The position numbers and the translations under genes are program-made. A stretch of DNA of 64,000 nucleotides, taken from Sphaerodactylus townsendi (lineage: Eukaryota). The notes under the pieces were generated by a model. That model saw only the letters and a program-made list of their open reading frames with translations, was not told the origin of the DNA and ran no database searches. Positions within the stretch are counted from its first letter, which is position 1. Every line of letters begins with the position of its first letter. Below, piece after piece: positions 1-12,132 of this stretch. The stretch lies in the NCBI RefSeq assembly GCF_021028975.2, contig NC_059430.1, positions 95,790,001 through 95,854,000 on the forward strand, given 5' to 3'.

Positions 1-248
1 TCCAGGAGCGCACATGGAAACAAAAACGCACTTAAAGCAGTTCCACTTATGTAAGCAATAGCATAATAGCTACAGAAACACACAATACTCTAAGTTTACT
101 TTTAAACCCAAACACCCCAATGTACTCGTGGCAGAATGGGATGCATAGCAGATGGTTCACATGATTTCTGGCCATGCTGTTTTGTTTTGTTTTGTGGTCA
201 GCAACCATCCTAGGTTACACATGACTAGAACAATTTAATAACTTAATC

Positions 249-441
249 CAGAGGTGGGATCTAACCAGTTCTCACCACTTCTCTAGAAGTGGTTACTAAT
301 TTTTTCTGAGTGCCAAGAAGGAGTTACTAAAGCAACCTCCCTGCCCAATAGGGACTGGAGGTACGTGTGTGCGGCGCCACCACTGTTTGAATCCCACCAC
401 CATCGGAACCTATTATTTAAAATTTTTGGATCCCACCACTG
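249..441. mobile_element. hAT-type MITE (CAGTGGTGGGAT-ended family)
   Basis: Termini CAGAGGTGGGATC / GATCCCACCACTG; 8-bp TSD ACTTAATC (241-248) / GCTTAATC (442-449). Same family as 34346-35207, in the opposite orientation. Confidence 0.75.
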
Positions 442-834
442 GCTTAATCCTGGGCACATTTTATTTTATGTATCAAAATATTTATATCTCACCTTTTCTC
501 AGGGCCCAAGGTGGTTTACAAATCACAGTGGTTTACAATGTAAAACAGACTAAAAGCCCAAATTACAACCCACCCAACCCCTGCCAATGTCGTTATTCCA
601 TTTAGGGAGTTTCAATATGCCTAACTTTCAGCAGGGTTTTTTCCCCCTTCATAAATATTAATATCGAGTGAAAGTTCCAACTAAGAGAAAACTTTGACGG
701 CTCTTAGTTGTCATGAACAAATCAGAGATTACTGTTGTGCTTTTTTTTTGTTTTAAAAAATATTTGCTATAACTCGTTGGTTATGATGTCTCTGTGCAGG
801 CACTTCAACAAAATGGATTTTGTTTTTTCCCCAG

Positions 835-920
835 AGTCACCTGATGACAAATCTTTGGAGGATTATGAATATGTTCTCAAGAAGATGGGCATCACAGAGA
901 TCTTTCTTTTTGGGGTATGA
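835..920 (+). CDS. Possible terminal coding exon of an unidentified upstream gene
   Basis: Acceptor TTTGTTTTTTCCCCAG (AG 833-834), then open frame SPDDKSLEDYEYVLKKMGITEIFLFGV-TGA. Protein not recognised. Confidence 0.25.
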
Positions 921-3900
921 AGGAGACTTTCCCAAACAGATGAGGCAACAAACCCCTCTTTCCCATTTTATAACTGGACATATATTTTGCTCTTAAACAC
1001 TCCCAAATGGGGAAGGGGGCAAGTGTGCAATATTCCAAGAGCAATTCTGAGAACACTTTCTCTGGTGTAAGCCCCACTGAATAGCAGGATTCTAAGTAGA
1101 TTTGCTTAAGTTTGTTTCTTGCTCATGAGGTTCTCCAGGTATTGAAAAGTATCAAAAATAATTTTAAAATAATTAAGAATTCAATTGGTCCATAGCCCAC
1201 AAGAATTGGGCTTGTGTGGAGCTAAATATTGATAATACATTTTGCCATACACACCAAAGCTATGTTCCCATTTGTTTCTGGAGGGGAAAATAGCAAAACC
1301 AGACTGCACATGTGAGACTCGGAAAACATGCATACATTCCTCTTACCCTGCAGAAAGCAATATGCACATGGATCATGTTACCGACCATTTACTATCAATA
1401 GCAGAATTTAGCACGGAGTAACCACAGCATATACTAAAATCATCATTATATATATATATATATGCATCATAAATCCTCTCTTTTTCCAGCATGTCACAAT
1501 CTAGATCTTTGTCTTTATTCTCAGCATATTTTATATAACAATAATATTTCTAGCTTTAGAAAGTTCAAAGTGTTTTACATAGTTCTCGCAGAAAAGCTTT
1601 TCTGCTGTAAAAGTTTTTAAACCACCAAGGTAGATTAGATCTGGGGTGGACTAATCCCTTTAAGGGGTTATTGAAAGTTAGTGGAATAAATGTTGCTAGT
1701 ATTTAAGACACTATTGGACTTCTTTTAAATTTTGCTGCAATAGACCAACATGGCGATCCACCTGGAATTCTTTTCATTCACTTTTTAAAAATTTACTCAG
1801 TAGGTAAGAAGGCATCCTCCCAACTGGTTAGAAGTCAGCATAATGAATGTGTGCGTCGGGATTCTCAGTGATCTTGCTTCAAGATCAAAAGAAGCATCTC
1901 ACTGAATCAGACTCCTAGCAGTGAGGGTGGCAGGTTGAGAACTACCAGATGCTGGCCGTGCAGACTGAAGACTGCCTGCCACTGGATTAACAAAATATTC
2001 CTCTGTTGCTTGTGGGTTGTATTTTCATTTTTGAATGGTGACTTTTTGACTACAAATAAAATAATTTGGTTGGCAGGATTGCCAACCCCAAGGCAAGTAC
2101 TGGAGATCTCCTAGTATTACGATTCATTTCCAACCAACAGAGATCAGTTTCCCTGGAGAAAATGGCTGCTTTGCTGGGTGGATTCTATGGCATTGTGCCT
2201 TGCTGAGGTTCCTCCCCTCCTCAAACCCTGCTTTCCCAGGGTTCCATTCCCACAATTTCCAGACATTTCCCAACCCAGTGCTGGCAACCCCATTGGATGG
2301 TGTTTGGTTTTTTTCAATCATAAAAGTCAAGGCTGGTGTTCAAGTGCAGGGCATGAAGCCTTCTAGTGCCCCTCCCCTAAGTCAAGTCAAGCTTGTTACC
2401 CAGTTTCCTTCCCCTCCACCCCATCCTCCCCCTTATAGAGACTTTAGGGGAATCGAAGGTTGTTTCTCTACTCCATCTCCAAACCAAGACACATGGAAGC
2501 TCACTCCAGTGGCTTCTGTGACTTCATGGGTGAGCTCCCATTTTTTAAGGAGAAAATGCTAGGGGAGGTAGAAGAGACTGGCTCCCTCAGCCAGACATGG
2601 TTCTCCTGCTTCTGGCATCCCTCCCACCAGGAAATGGGAGATTGTCTCAGAAGCCCCTGTGGTAACACAAACACTTGTTTCCTGATGGGAAAGTCACCTA
2701 GAGGGAACAGGACGTAAAACAGAGCCATGCTACCTGCTCCCCTCCCCTCCCCTCCAGAAAACAGGAGATAGTTGTAAAGAGCCCTACAATATAGCAAGGT
2801 GCTTGGTACAGTCTCCCATTTCCTGGTGACAGTAGGGAAGACAAACATATCTGATTAGCAGTGAGCCCTTTGCCAGGCTGTGGCCCTTAGGAAGTACCTA
2901 AATATATGAAGAAAAAATTATTCTGTCTGGCTCAAAAGAACAGCACCAAGAGGGAACAGGACATAGGTACCCCACCATGTAGTGGCTTGAAATCTCTGTT
3001 GTCATTTCCCATTCCAATCACAACAGCTGTCCCTTTCTTCTGTAAAAACAAACAAGAAAATACAAAACCTGCTGGGCTGGCTCTGTACTTAGTTTGGAAC
3101 CGCTCCACTGACCTGTCAAGGACTTGGTAAATATTCGTGGAAAGGGCAGATTAGTCTGTTGCAAGTTGTTCTGAAGCTAAAGGTGGCCTTTGGCTCCCTA
3201 CCTCAGCGTTGAGAGGTTGATCTAACGGAGGGTGAAGCCACGGTGTCTGTATGCTTTGCAAGTGAAAAGAACCGAGGAGTCCGTGTCAAGGAGTCTGTGC
3301 CGAAAGCCAGACCCCCAGTAGCTCTCCTCCTCCCCTTTCCCAATTCAGCCAGGCCAGCTGACCGCCCTTCTCATATCCCCCATCACCTTGGCTGAAAGGG
3401 AGTGACGCAAAAAGAGGCTGACAGGCCAAGCAAGGGAGAAGAGCTGAGCCAGCCAAAGCCAGTTCTGTAGAGCCTAGAATACATGTGGCAGCTTTGCCAC
3501 TGCAGAGGGTAGCTTAGTTATTCCCCTGGTTCTGATCTCCCCTGAGTCACTAACTCAAGCCATGGTTCTTGCAGACTCAGCTTCTCCCCCTGCCCCACTC
3601 TGCTTTTTTTGGGAAGGTAATCATATTAGCCTACCCTACCGGGCTGTTATAAGAATTACTCAAGCCAGTGTGTTGTACATATGCAGGAAGATTAAATGGG
3701 AGACTGTACTGTACTGCTTCCAGTTGCAATTTTTAATGTTCTTGTATGATTTTTTCAAGCTTTAAATCTTAACATTTCATTGATGGGATTTTTCTAGAGA
3801 TTAGAATTAAACAAGCGGGCCCCCTACAAAATTCACATGGAATCCCATCTCCGCCCCCTCATGGCTTCAGGTCTCTCCCCCCCTCCCCCCCATCCTCATA

Positions 3901-4674
3901 TCAGTTTGCCCAGTGAGACCTCCTCCTCCCATTTCAGCTCTACTGTCTGCAATGGGACAGCTGAAGAATATTGTTTGCACTCTTTAAAATGGTGGGGGGG
4001 AGTTAAAGACCCTTTTTATGTTTCAGGTTTTTCTGCAAATCTAGGGGGTCTCCTAAAACTGCAGAAAACTATTGGGGTGAGCGTGTCCCTATCTTCAAAT
4101 TTAAGTATCCATGGGCAGGGAGCACACTTGGGGATTAGCTATATAGATAACAGGAATAGTATGTCTCTGGTACAATCCAATATGGTGGGAGGGAGCATCT
4201 TGCATTTAAAAATATGATACTGCTTTAAAAATGCAGACTCCTGCCTGCTCTTTCCCTTCCTCTGGAAGGGTGGATGCCACTTCCATCAGAAACTGATAGA
4301 TGCTTGGCCTGAGTAATTTCCAAACAAGTATGCCTTATTGGTAGATAACCATGATTGTTACAGGACATCACCCTTTTTCGCATGGGCCCTCATTCCTGCA
4401 AGCCATGCCACTTTAGACTACACCTATATGACACAATCATTTTTATCATTATTGAAAATTCTCAAACATCTGGGCTGGATAAAATGATCTCTTCCAGTAA
4501 AATAGGATTTCTGGACTATTTGCTGATCTCACCCAAGAAAATGGGAACAACCCAATGCGGAACTGGCACAAAACTGGGGTTAGAGACTCACACTAGGATC
4601 TAGGAGACCAGGGTTCAAAACCTCATTCTGTCTTGAAGTTTACTAGGTGGCCTTGGAGTAAGTACTTCCTCTTA

Positions 4675-4825
4675 GGCTTCTTCTGAACATGCAGAATAAT
4701 TCACTTTCTATCCAATTTCAATGCACTTTGCAGCTGGATTTTACTGTGCAGAATAGCAAAATCCACTTGAAAACAATTGTGAATGTGGATTGAAAGTACA
4801 TTATTCTGTATGTGCAGAAGGAGCC
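4675..4825. mobile_element. Palindromic PIF/Harbinger-like MITE
   Basis: Imperfect TIRs GGCTTCTTCTGAACATGCAGAATAAT / ATTATTCTGTATGTGCAGAAGGAGCC; 3-bp flanks TTA / TCA. Confidence 0.6.
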
Positions 4826-4842
4826 TCAGCCTCACTGGTCTT

Positions 4843-5320
4843 TAGGGTTTCCATCTACAACTAGGGCAGGGAACCTGCGGCTCTCCAGATGTTCAGGAAC
4901 TACAATTCCCATCAGCCTCTGTCAGCATGGCCAATTGGCCATGCTGGTAGGGGCTGATGGGAATTGTAGTTCCTGAACATCTGGAGAGCCGCAGGTTCCC
5001 TACCCCTGATCTACAACGAGGGACATTCCTGGATATTTGGGGGCAGGGGAGCTCCCAGAATTACTCCTGATTTTCAAACTACAGAGATCAGTTCTCCTGG
5101 ATGAAATGACACCTTTGGAGGGTGGGTTCTATTGTGTATCATAGAGTCCCTCCTCAGGCACTGTCCCCAAATCTCTAGTAATAGTCTAAATCAGCAGCAT
5201 ACCTACCAGAGTCCACCTGGCTGACTCTAAAGCTACCAGTTTTCCCATGGAAGCTGATGTCTGGAAATCAGCTGTAATTCTGGGAGACCTCCAGGCTCCA
5301 CATGGAAGTTGGTAACCCTA
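4843..5320. mobile_element. Non-autonomous DNA transposon (TAGGGTT...AACCCTA ends), interrupted by a younger MITE
   Basis: Termini TAGGGTTTCCA / TGGTAACCCTA; related internal sequence recurs at about 2075-2290 and 53860-54000. Confidence 0.55.
4861..5008. mobile_element. Palindromic hAT MITE carrying two ACTACAATTCCCA motifs
   Basis: Near-perfect 148-bp palindrome centred on TGGCCAATTGGCCA; perfect 8-bp TSD ATCTACAA (4853-4860 / 5009-5016). Confidence 0.9.
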
Positions 5321-5499
5321 TCTCACAGGGTTGTTATGAAGATATAATGGAGGAAACTACTAGTCAAACGCTCTCTGTCTCTCTGGCCCCATCATTCAAA
5401 TGAAGGAACGAAGAACATGTATGTCACTCTTCTTTAGAGAAAGACTAGGGTTTAAAACCCTACACAGACCAATATTTAAAAGCTTTCGGGTCAGCAGCG

Positions 5500-6250
5500 T
5501 CTTGCCAGCTCTCAAAATGGCGGCTGCGCCTCAGCAAAGAAGCCTCCTGCCCTAACTCAAAATGGGAAAGTTCCAACCCATTTTCCACTCAGCTGATGTG
5601 TTTTTTTCCCTCTGCCCTTATCAGAGATGGCGATGTTTGTCCTTAACTACCTTCTCAGATTTGGAAGCTGTTGACCTCTTCCAAGATGGCGTACGACAGC
5701 CTTAAGACTGTGCACCCTCCTTCGCCGCCGTTTCGTTTTCCCTTAGCAAAGATGGCGACACGAGAAAAGCAAGAGAACGGAGACGAGCGATTTTGGAAGC
5801 CCCGGGTTCTCCTGGGTAGACAGTGAAGCAACGGCCACTTCCGCCGCGAAGAGGCCTCGCCAGCAGTAAAAATGGCGGAGTCGGTACTAGAAGTTGTGGG
5901 GAAGCTGCAATCGAGGCTTTCGGGCAGTTCGGAGCCCAAGAAGGTAAAAGGATCTCCTGGAGGGAAGCGAGAAGGGGGGCGGTCGGTCGCGGCGTTGGCG
6001 GTCGCCCGGTAGATTGATTAGTGGGGGTGGTCGGGTGGTGGTCGATGTGGCCCTGAGGGCCCCAGCAAAGGAGACGAGGACTGGAGAGGAGAAAAAGGAT
6101 ACTCCTACGAGAGCGCTTGTGATATGTTCGTCTGGTGAACTGGGAGGGCGCAGACATGGGGGTGTAGCGGGGGGCCCTTTCTTGAAAGTCTGACGGCGGG
6201 GGGGGGGGGAGTACAGAGAGATGGTGAATTCCACTCCCCTCCCTCAATAT
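5500..6250 (+). promoter_or_regulatory. ELOA: ELOA CpG-island promoter / exon 1 region
   Basis: CpG-rich; repeated YY1-type (A/G)A(A/G)ATGGCG motifs at 5513, 5623, 5682, 5748 and 5868; ETS-like CACTTCCG at 5836. Confidence 0.8.
5872..5943 (+). CDS. ELOA: Elongin A coding exon 1
   Basis: AAAATGG start; MAESVLEVVGKLQSRLSGSSEPKK; donor AAG|GTAAAA. Confidence 0.93.
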
Positions 6251-7639
6251 TAGGGGGAAGCTATTGCCAAAGCAGGGTGACTCCCCCCCATCTGAGTTTC
6301 CAAGGGCAGGTCCTGAAGGGGGCTTAAGTCGGATTAAATTTTCTCAGGCCCCCCTGGGATTTGAGCCAAGGAGGCTGCAGAGGGGTTAAAAGAAGGGGGG
6401 CCCTGTTCGCAAGGTCTCCCTTCCTGCCACCTTTCACCTTACTGTATGTGTGTGAAAGACGCGGGTTTGGGAGGGGCAGAAGCTTGTGGGGTCCAGAGCC
6501 CACTCCCGGGCATTAAACTGATTTCGTGGCAGTATTTTGTCATAATCCGTCTGTTAGCCTTCAAAGACCTTCCTCATTGCCCTGCTTTTCACTCTTCTTC
6601 TGCATTGGCTCCTGTTCTCCCGGATGTGCACAGGGAGCAGGTTTGCGGTTGGGATTCTTCCTTAGGCCCGTTGGCAATATAAATACAGATGATTGTCAGG
6701 GTCTCTCAGGTAGTGTCTCTTGGACCCTGTACTCACCCCTGTTTAGCCCATGCATAGAAAACAGCATCCCTAGTTGGAACCCTAATGTAGGACCCCACCT
6801 CAGTCTACACTTCCTTGGTTGTAGGCTTGACAGCTCCCCTCCCCTGTTGCCCAAGCCACTGGACTACCATGGACCCCCAACCCACCTGCACTGGGAACTT
6901 TGTGGAGAAAGGCAGAATTAAAATCCTTTAAGATTATTATCTCTGTGGACTTTGAATGTGTGCTAATGGCATCTGACAAAATGTGTTCCAGTCCCTGAAA
7001 GTTCATTTTGCCATAAAAGCGTTGGTCTTGAAGATGCCAGGGTGCTCTTTATTTTTGCAGCAACCAAATAATGCAGGGTACCCCACAACAGAAAAAGGAA
7101 GGGGAAAATCTGTCTCCCTCAGGATATCTGAAGGACAGTCTTGAGCTCTATTCATAAGATTTTACCTTTTAAACTAAACTCAAGACTGATAGCTGCCTCA
7201 TGTGTGTTCAGTCTTGAAGATCGTAGTCCACTTAATGAAAAAGTTTTGCCACAATAAATATGTTAGTCTGCAAAGTACTCGTTTAAGGCTTTTTTTTAAA
7301 TTGGGGGGTGGGTTGGTTGGTTTAAACTCTTTTAAAAATTTTCCGGACTAATTAATCCGGATTATTTGTAGCACTCTGGTTTTGTACACCCACAGTAGGT
7401 GCATTAACAATGCCTCTGGAATTGTTCTTTAAGTATCTCTTTTTGTATGTACTGGTATGTACAGGCACTGTGGTTTTCCTTACTGGTTTTCCTTACTGTA
7501 TACGGAAGGGTTGCAGGGCAAGATGTTTTGGACAGGTGTGGGTGGGTTAAATGGAGCTCTGTTTTGTTATACTTTTATCCTACTCTTCAAAGAGGCAGAT
7601 TCCTGCCCCCATCTTGACAGTACTTCTGTGAGAAAAAAA

Positions 7640-7780
7640 AGTTTTGAGTCCAGTGGCACCTTTAAGAACAATGAAGTTTTCTTCTTGGTGTAAGCTTTCA
7701 TGTGAATGCACACTTCTTCAGATAATCTGGACTCAAACTTTTTTCTGCTGCTTCAGGCCAACATGGCCACCCACTTGAAA
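7640..7780 (-). mobile_element. Penelope-like element end (second family) with a degenerate hammerhead motif
   Basis: Minus strand 7724-7689 reads TAT CTGAAGA A GTGTG CATT CACAT GAAA GCTT ACA, followed by the CTTAAAGGTGCCACTGGACTC tail. Confidence 0.6.
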
Positions 7781-10602
7781 TAATTCTGGGAGATAAGGTA
7801 GGTTGAAAAAGTTAAAGGTGTGCAGGCACTCCTTTACTGAATTGGGACTTGAAGCCGTTAGGTGTCTAAGATGAGCTTAATAGTTTAACCACTGTGCCAT
7901 ATTGTCTGTCTCTAGAAAACTTAAAAGGAAAAGGAGGGTCTGAATTATTCCCTCCTCTAATCCTTTGAACTCTGGAAATGTTTAGGTGTGGAAAGAGATA
8001 GAAGTTAGCATATTAATTACTTACTGAGCATCCCAAGTGCTGGAAGGAAAGCTGTTTTTTCTTTTGTGGCCTGAAACCACACAGCTAAGAGACGTTCCTA
8101 AAAGTGCTTTTTGTATTTAGAAGGTTTATTGCTTGCTCAGGAGCCATCTGAACTTGCTTCCATTAAAAACAGACTCCTTTGGGGTTCTGGGAGCTCTACT
8201 ATGTTAGGCAAAGATGCACTACTTGACAGCTGTTCAAAAATGCTTTCAGGTTTGCATGGGATTGGGGGGATCGTCTTATCCTAGGGAACAAGTTCCAGAG
8301 CACTGTTTTTTCATGCAGCTGTTCAACAAACCTCAGCTTCTCCTCCAATTCTCTTCTTGTCCCCAAGAATGATTTTGAGTGATGGCAGTTGGTAGGTTGT
8401 TGAGTGAAAAAGTATGCTAGACTTGATGGACCACTGGTCTGATCCAGCAGGCTCTGTTTATGTGCTTATGTTATTTTGTGTGTGTCTGTGTGGAAGGGTA
8501 ACGTGCAGAGGAAGGGGAATGTTATATTAGATTTTTTTAAAAGGTGACATTGTTTCTGTCTGTCTGCATCCCCGTATATATAAATGAATATTTTATGATG
8601 GGGTTTGTGGGATGTGATTTGATCTGTTATATCCATTTTCATCTGAAGCTCATGCGTATAAGAAAACGTGGTAGTAGGCTGGCTGTTGTCATTGGTGGAT
8701 TCCAAAACCATTTCCTGGTGCTGCAGGGCACAGTCAGTGGGTTAGAGAGCTGGCCTTGGAGAAAGGTCTTTCATCTAATTCAGGGTTTCCCAAACTGAAC
8801 ACTTTCAAAGCACTCTATATATGAAGGGAGTAGTGGAAAAAAGATGTTTATAGATACATAGGTTTAAGCCTGGATATTCTGGTTCAGCCCTCTGCCCATT
8901 GCTTTCTTCCATTTTATTTTCATAATGTCCCTGTGAAGTAGGTTAGGCGGTCTGTTTCTAAGAGTCCCTGGTATGGACACCCGTTCAAAGTAACAGAGGC
9001 AGGATGTTGCTTGATCTTTCATCCCTTCTTTAACCCAAAGCCTTTCAGGCTTGAATGAAATGAGGAGCAAGCCCAGAGCAAGTAGCTCAGGCTAACAGGC
9101 AACAGATACCATCTTTGAGAATGTGGTAGGGGGAAGCTCTACTGTGTGACTGCAACAGGAGAAACCGATCTAATTGCACCCACTGAAAAGCACATCATAA
9201 TTACAAGAATTGGACTAGAACAAGGTAAGGCTGGAGACCCAGATCGTGCAGAGAAGTAGCAGGCAGCCTCCTCCAGTGATACGGGGCAGAAATTTCCCTT
9301 GAAAAATTTCCAGTGCTATATTTTTTGTGGAAAATGTCCTGCCCCAAATATGTAAATAAAATCGCTTTAATGTTAGGGTTGCTGTGCTTAAAATCAGTCA
9401 TGTTAGATGAGCTACATGTGTGATAGGTAACATGGACAAACCCCAGTGGCTTGTGCATGATGCATTCACATTCTTTTGCTAGTTGTTTACATTTAATTAT
9501 TTAAACTTGAATTTGGAAAATTTTCCTGTAAAACCCAGATTGCTTGCTTTCTGTATGAGGAGATTCTGAATGCACGAGGGCCTTGCACTTAATTTTTTTC
9601 TTGTCGTATCTTGCAATGCATTTTCAGGCGTCTGACATGCCGTTTGGAAATTCCTGATCTGTCTTCATTGGGGACCGTCAGCTGTAGTTGCCTTTTGGAG
9701 TAGGGGCTGTGGTAGAGAGGCAGAATGACTGCTTTGCATGCTGAAGGTCCCAAGGACAACTCCCAGTATTTCCAGTGGAAGACCTCAGTCAGAGACCCTG
9801 GAAAGCTACTGCCAGTCAGAACAGACAGGAGTTACCATGGTAGACCTGTGATCTAATGCAATAGAAGGCAGTTTCTTGTGGGCACATACCTTGGCAAAAT
9901 AATGTTTTCTTAGCACAATTTCCCACTCATTTTCAGCAGTGGATGACTTTATTCAGCTAGAAAATCTAGTGAGTTCTGGTTTTTCGGCCTCCCTTTACTA
10001 TCCATGGTAATCACTGGGGATTTTACGGTAGGTTTTACCTGTGCAGTAATCACGGCCCAGAAATCTTTTTTTTTTATTAAAAGAAGATTGTACATCTTAC
10101 CAGGAGACAACCTATCTCTTGTGTTGGGGAACATATTTTAAATGTAGATAGACTCTGGATTAGTTCCCCGATTTTTCACCTAACTCAGTGGCACTCAAGC
10201 TGTGGTTGGGTTGCAGGAGAGGTTCATGACTTTTTTGCAGATGGATTCCAAGACCAGGGAGGAGGAGGAAGATCAGGGTAAACTGTCAGAGGAGGTTTGA
10301 AGGCAAAATTATATTTGCCACGTCACAATATGTCAAATGGTTATAAAGTTCTGTCAGATCACAGATGCCTTAAGGCAACCCAGTAGAATTCTCACGGCAA
10401 GAGGCCATTGCCTGCTTCTGCCTGACAAGCCTGGTATTCCTTGGTAGTCGCTCTTCCAAGTGCTAGCCAGGACCAGCCTTTCTCAGCTTTTGAGATCTGA
10501 CATGTTCAGGCTAGCCTGGGGCTATCCAGGTCTGGGCAGTGTGCCTAATAGTTATGAAATCTAGCTTGTTTTTCAGTAATGTATATGTATACCCAGTGGT
10601 GG

Positions 10603-10810
10603 AAAGCGCCTCCAGTTGTAGCCAACTCATGGCAACCCCATAGGGTTTTGGAGGCAAAAGACGAGCAGAGGTGGTTTGCTATTGACAACCTCCACTTAAC
10701 AACCCTGGACCTCCTTGTTGATCTTCCATCCAAGTACTAGCAGGGTCTGATGTTGCTTAACTTTCAAAATCTGATGAGATCGGGCTAGCTTGGGCCATCC
10801 AGGTCAGGGC
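10603..10810 (-). mobile_element. 5S rRNA-derived SINE (5S-Sauria-like)
   Basis: Minus strand has a 5S-type A box / C box (AGTTAAGCA...GTACTTGGATGGAAGA) followed by a GCAAACCACCTCTG...GGTTGCCATGAGTTGG tail. Similar copies at about 10370-10530, 16350-16670, 21580-21765, 22845-23040 and 47370-47530. Confidence 0.65.
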
Positions 10811-12061
10811 ATATGTATACCTACTAACCTTCTGCATGTTGAACACATGAAGCTGCCTCCTCCATTACGATCAACCTTGTATACTCTAACTGGCAGTGGT
10901 CCCCCAAAGAATTTTGCAACATTTCCTGCCTGATCCTTTTAATGGGAGATCAAAGCTCCAACCTTTGGTAAGCAAAGTAACTGCCCTGCCACTGAGCCCC
11001 AGAACCTCCAAAGACTATTGGGGAGGAAGAACGTAATGTGGAGTTGCCTTGTGGCTAGATCCCCAAAGCGACAGCAATTGTAGATGTGGGTCCCTTGCAA
11101 AGTGTTTGAGACTTGCTGAATTAGCTGGATCTTGGGAATGGCCTTTCTCTTCCAGTGCTGAGTGGTGATGTTGGGACCAATGATCTGATTTAGGAGAAGG
11201 GATCTTCAGACATTCATGCAAGATTCTAGTCATCAGGAGCTGGGGGCAGATTTGTCTAATACAACGTTGCATGTGCCTGGTGTTTGACAGAATGATAGAA
11301 GCCAGATCTCTGCCCCAATGAACTTACAAGCACTCTTTCTCTCTCATTCTCAGTCTGTTTCTTTCTTTTTTTCTTTTTTGAAAGAACTTTGTTTTGTCCA
11401 TTCCCCCCAAATAATATACTGATGACTACTCTGTTGCCACAGTACTGATGCCTGCTTAATGTCATTTTGTACTATTATTCCATTATATTTATTTTACAAA
11501 ATGTATATCCTGCCTTTCTGCCCTCCACCAATGTGGCTAACAAATTAAAACCTACCCCCCTCCCCCCAAACCCAGATGATTAAAATCAGAGCTGAAATAC
11601 AAAAGCATAAAAACAACAATTAAAACATGGGGAAGCAAGGAGGGTCACTAAGTGAGTGCCAAATGAAACAAAAAAGTTTTCACTTACTGGTAGAAGATGG
11701 CAATAGAAGGGAGTGAATGCAAATCCTTGGAGAGAGAGTTCTAGAGTCTTGGTGCTATGATCAAGAAAGCCCTCTCTTGGGTTGCCACCAACCTAATCTC
11801 AGGAAAGGGAGACACCTGGAGCAGGGCCTTCAAAGATTTTTAAGTTTTTCTTTCTTTTAGAGACAAAAAAATAAAATTAGTGGTGTCAGTTCTAAGGTCA
11901 TCAATCCATTGATTTATCAGAAGTGGACATTTATCTCTCCAGGGTTGTAATATGTAGCAGTGGCACAGAGGATCCACTTCTGTTGACCATTAGTTAGCCT
12001 CCAAGAGATGGGCAGATAGTTTAAAAGAGCCCTTCGGGGGTAGGGCGGTTTATCAAATCGA

Positions 12062-12092
<31 letters not shown>

Positions 12093-12132
12093 GTACATAA
12101 GCATCCTCAAAAATTAGTGAACAGTCTGATAT

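Noticed and set aside
5655-6247. Antisense ORFs over ELOA exon 1
   Set aside because: Expected in GC-rich CpG islands; no homology recognised.
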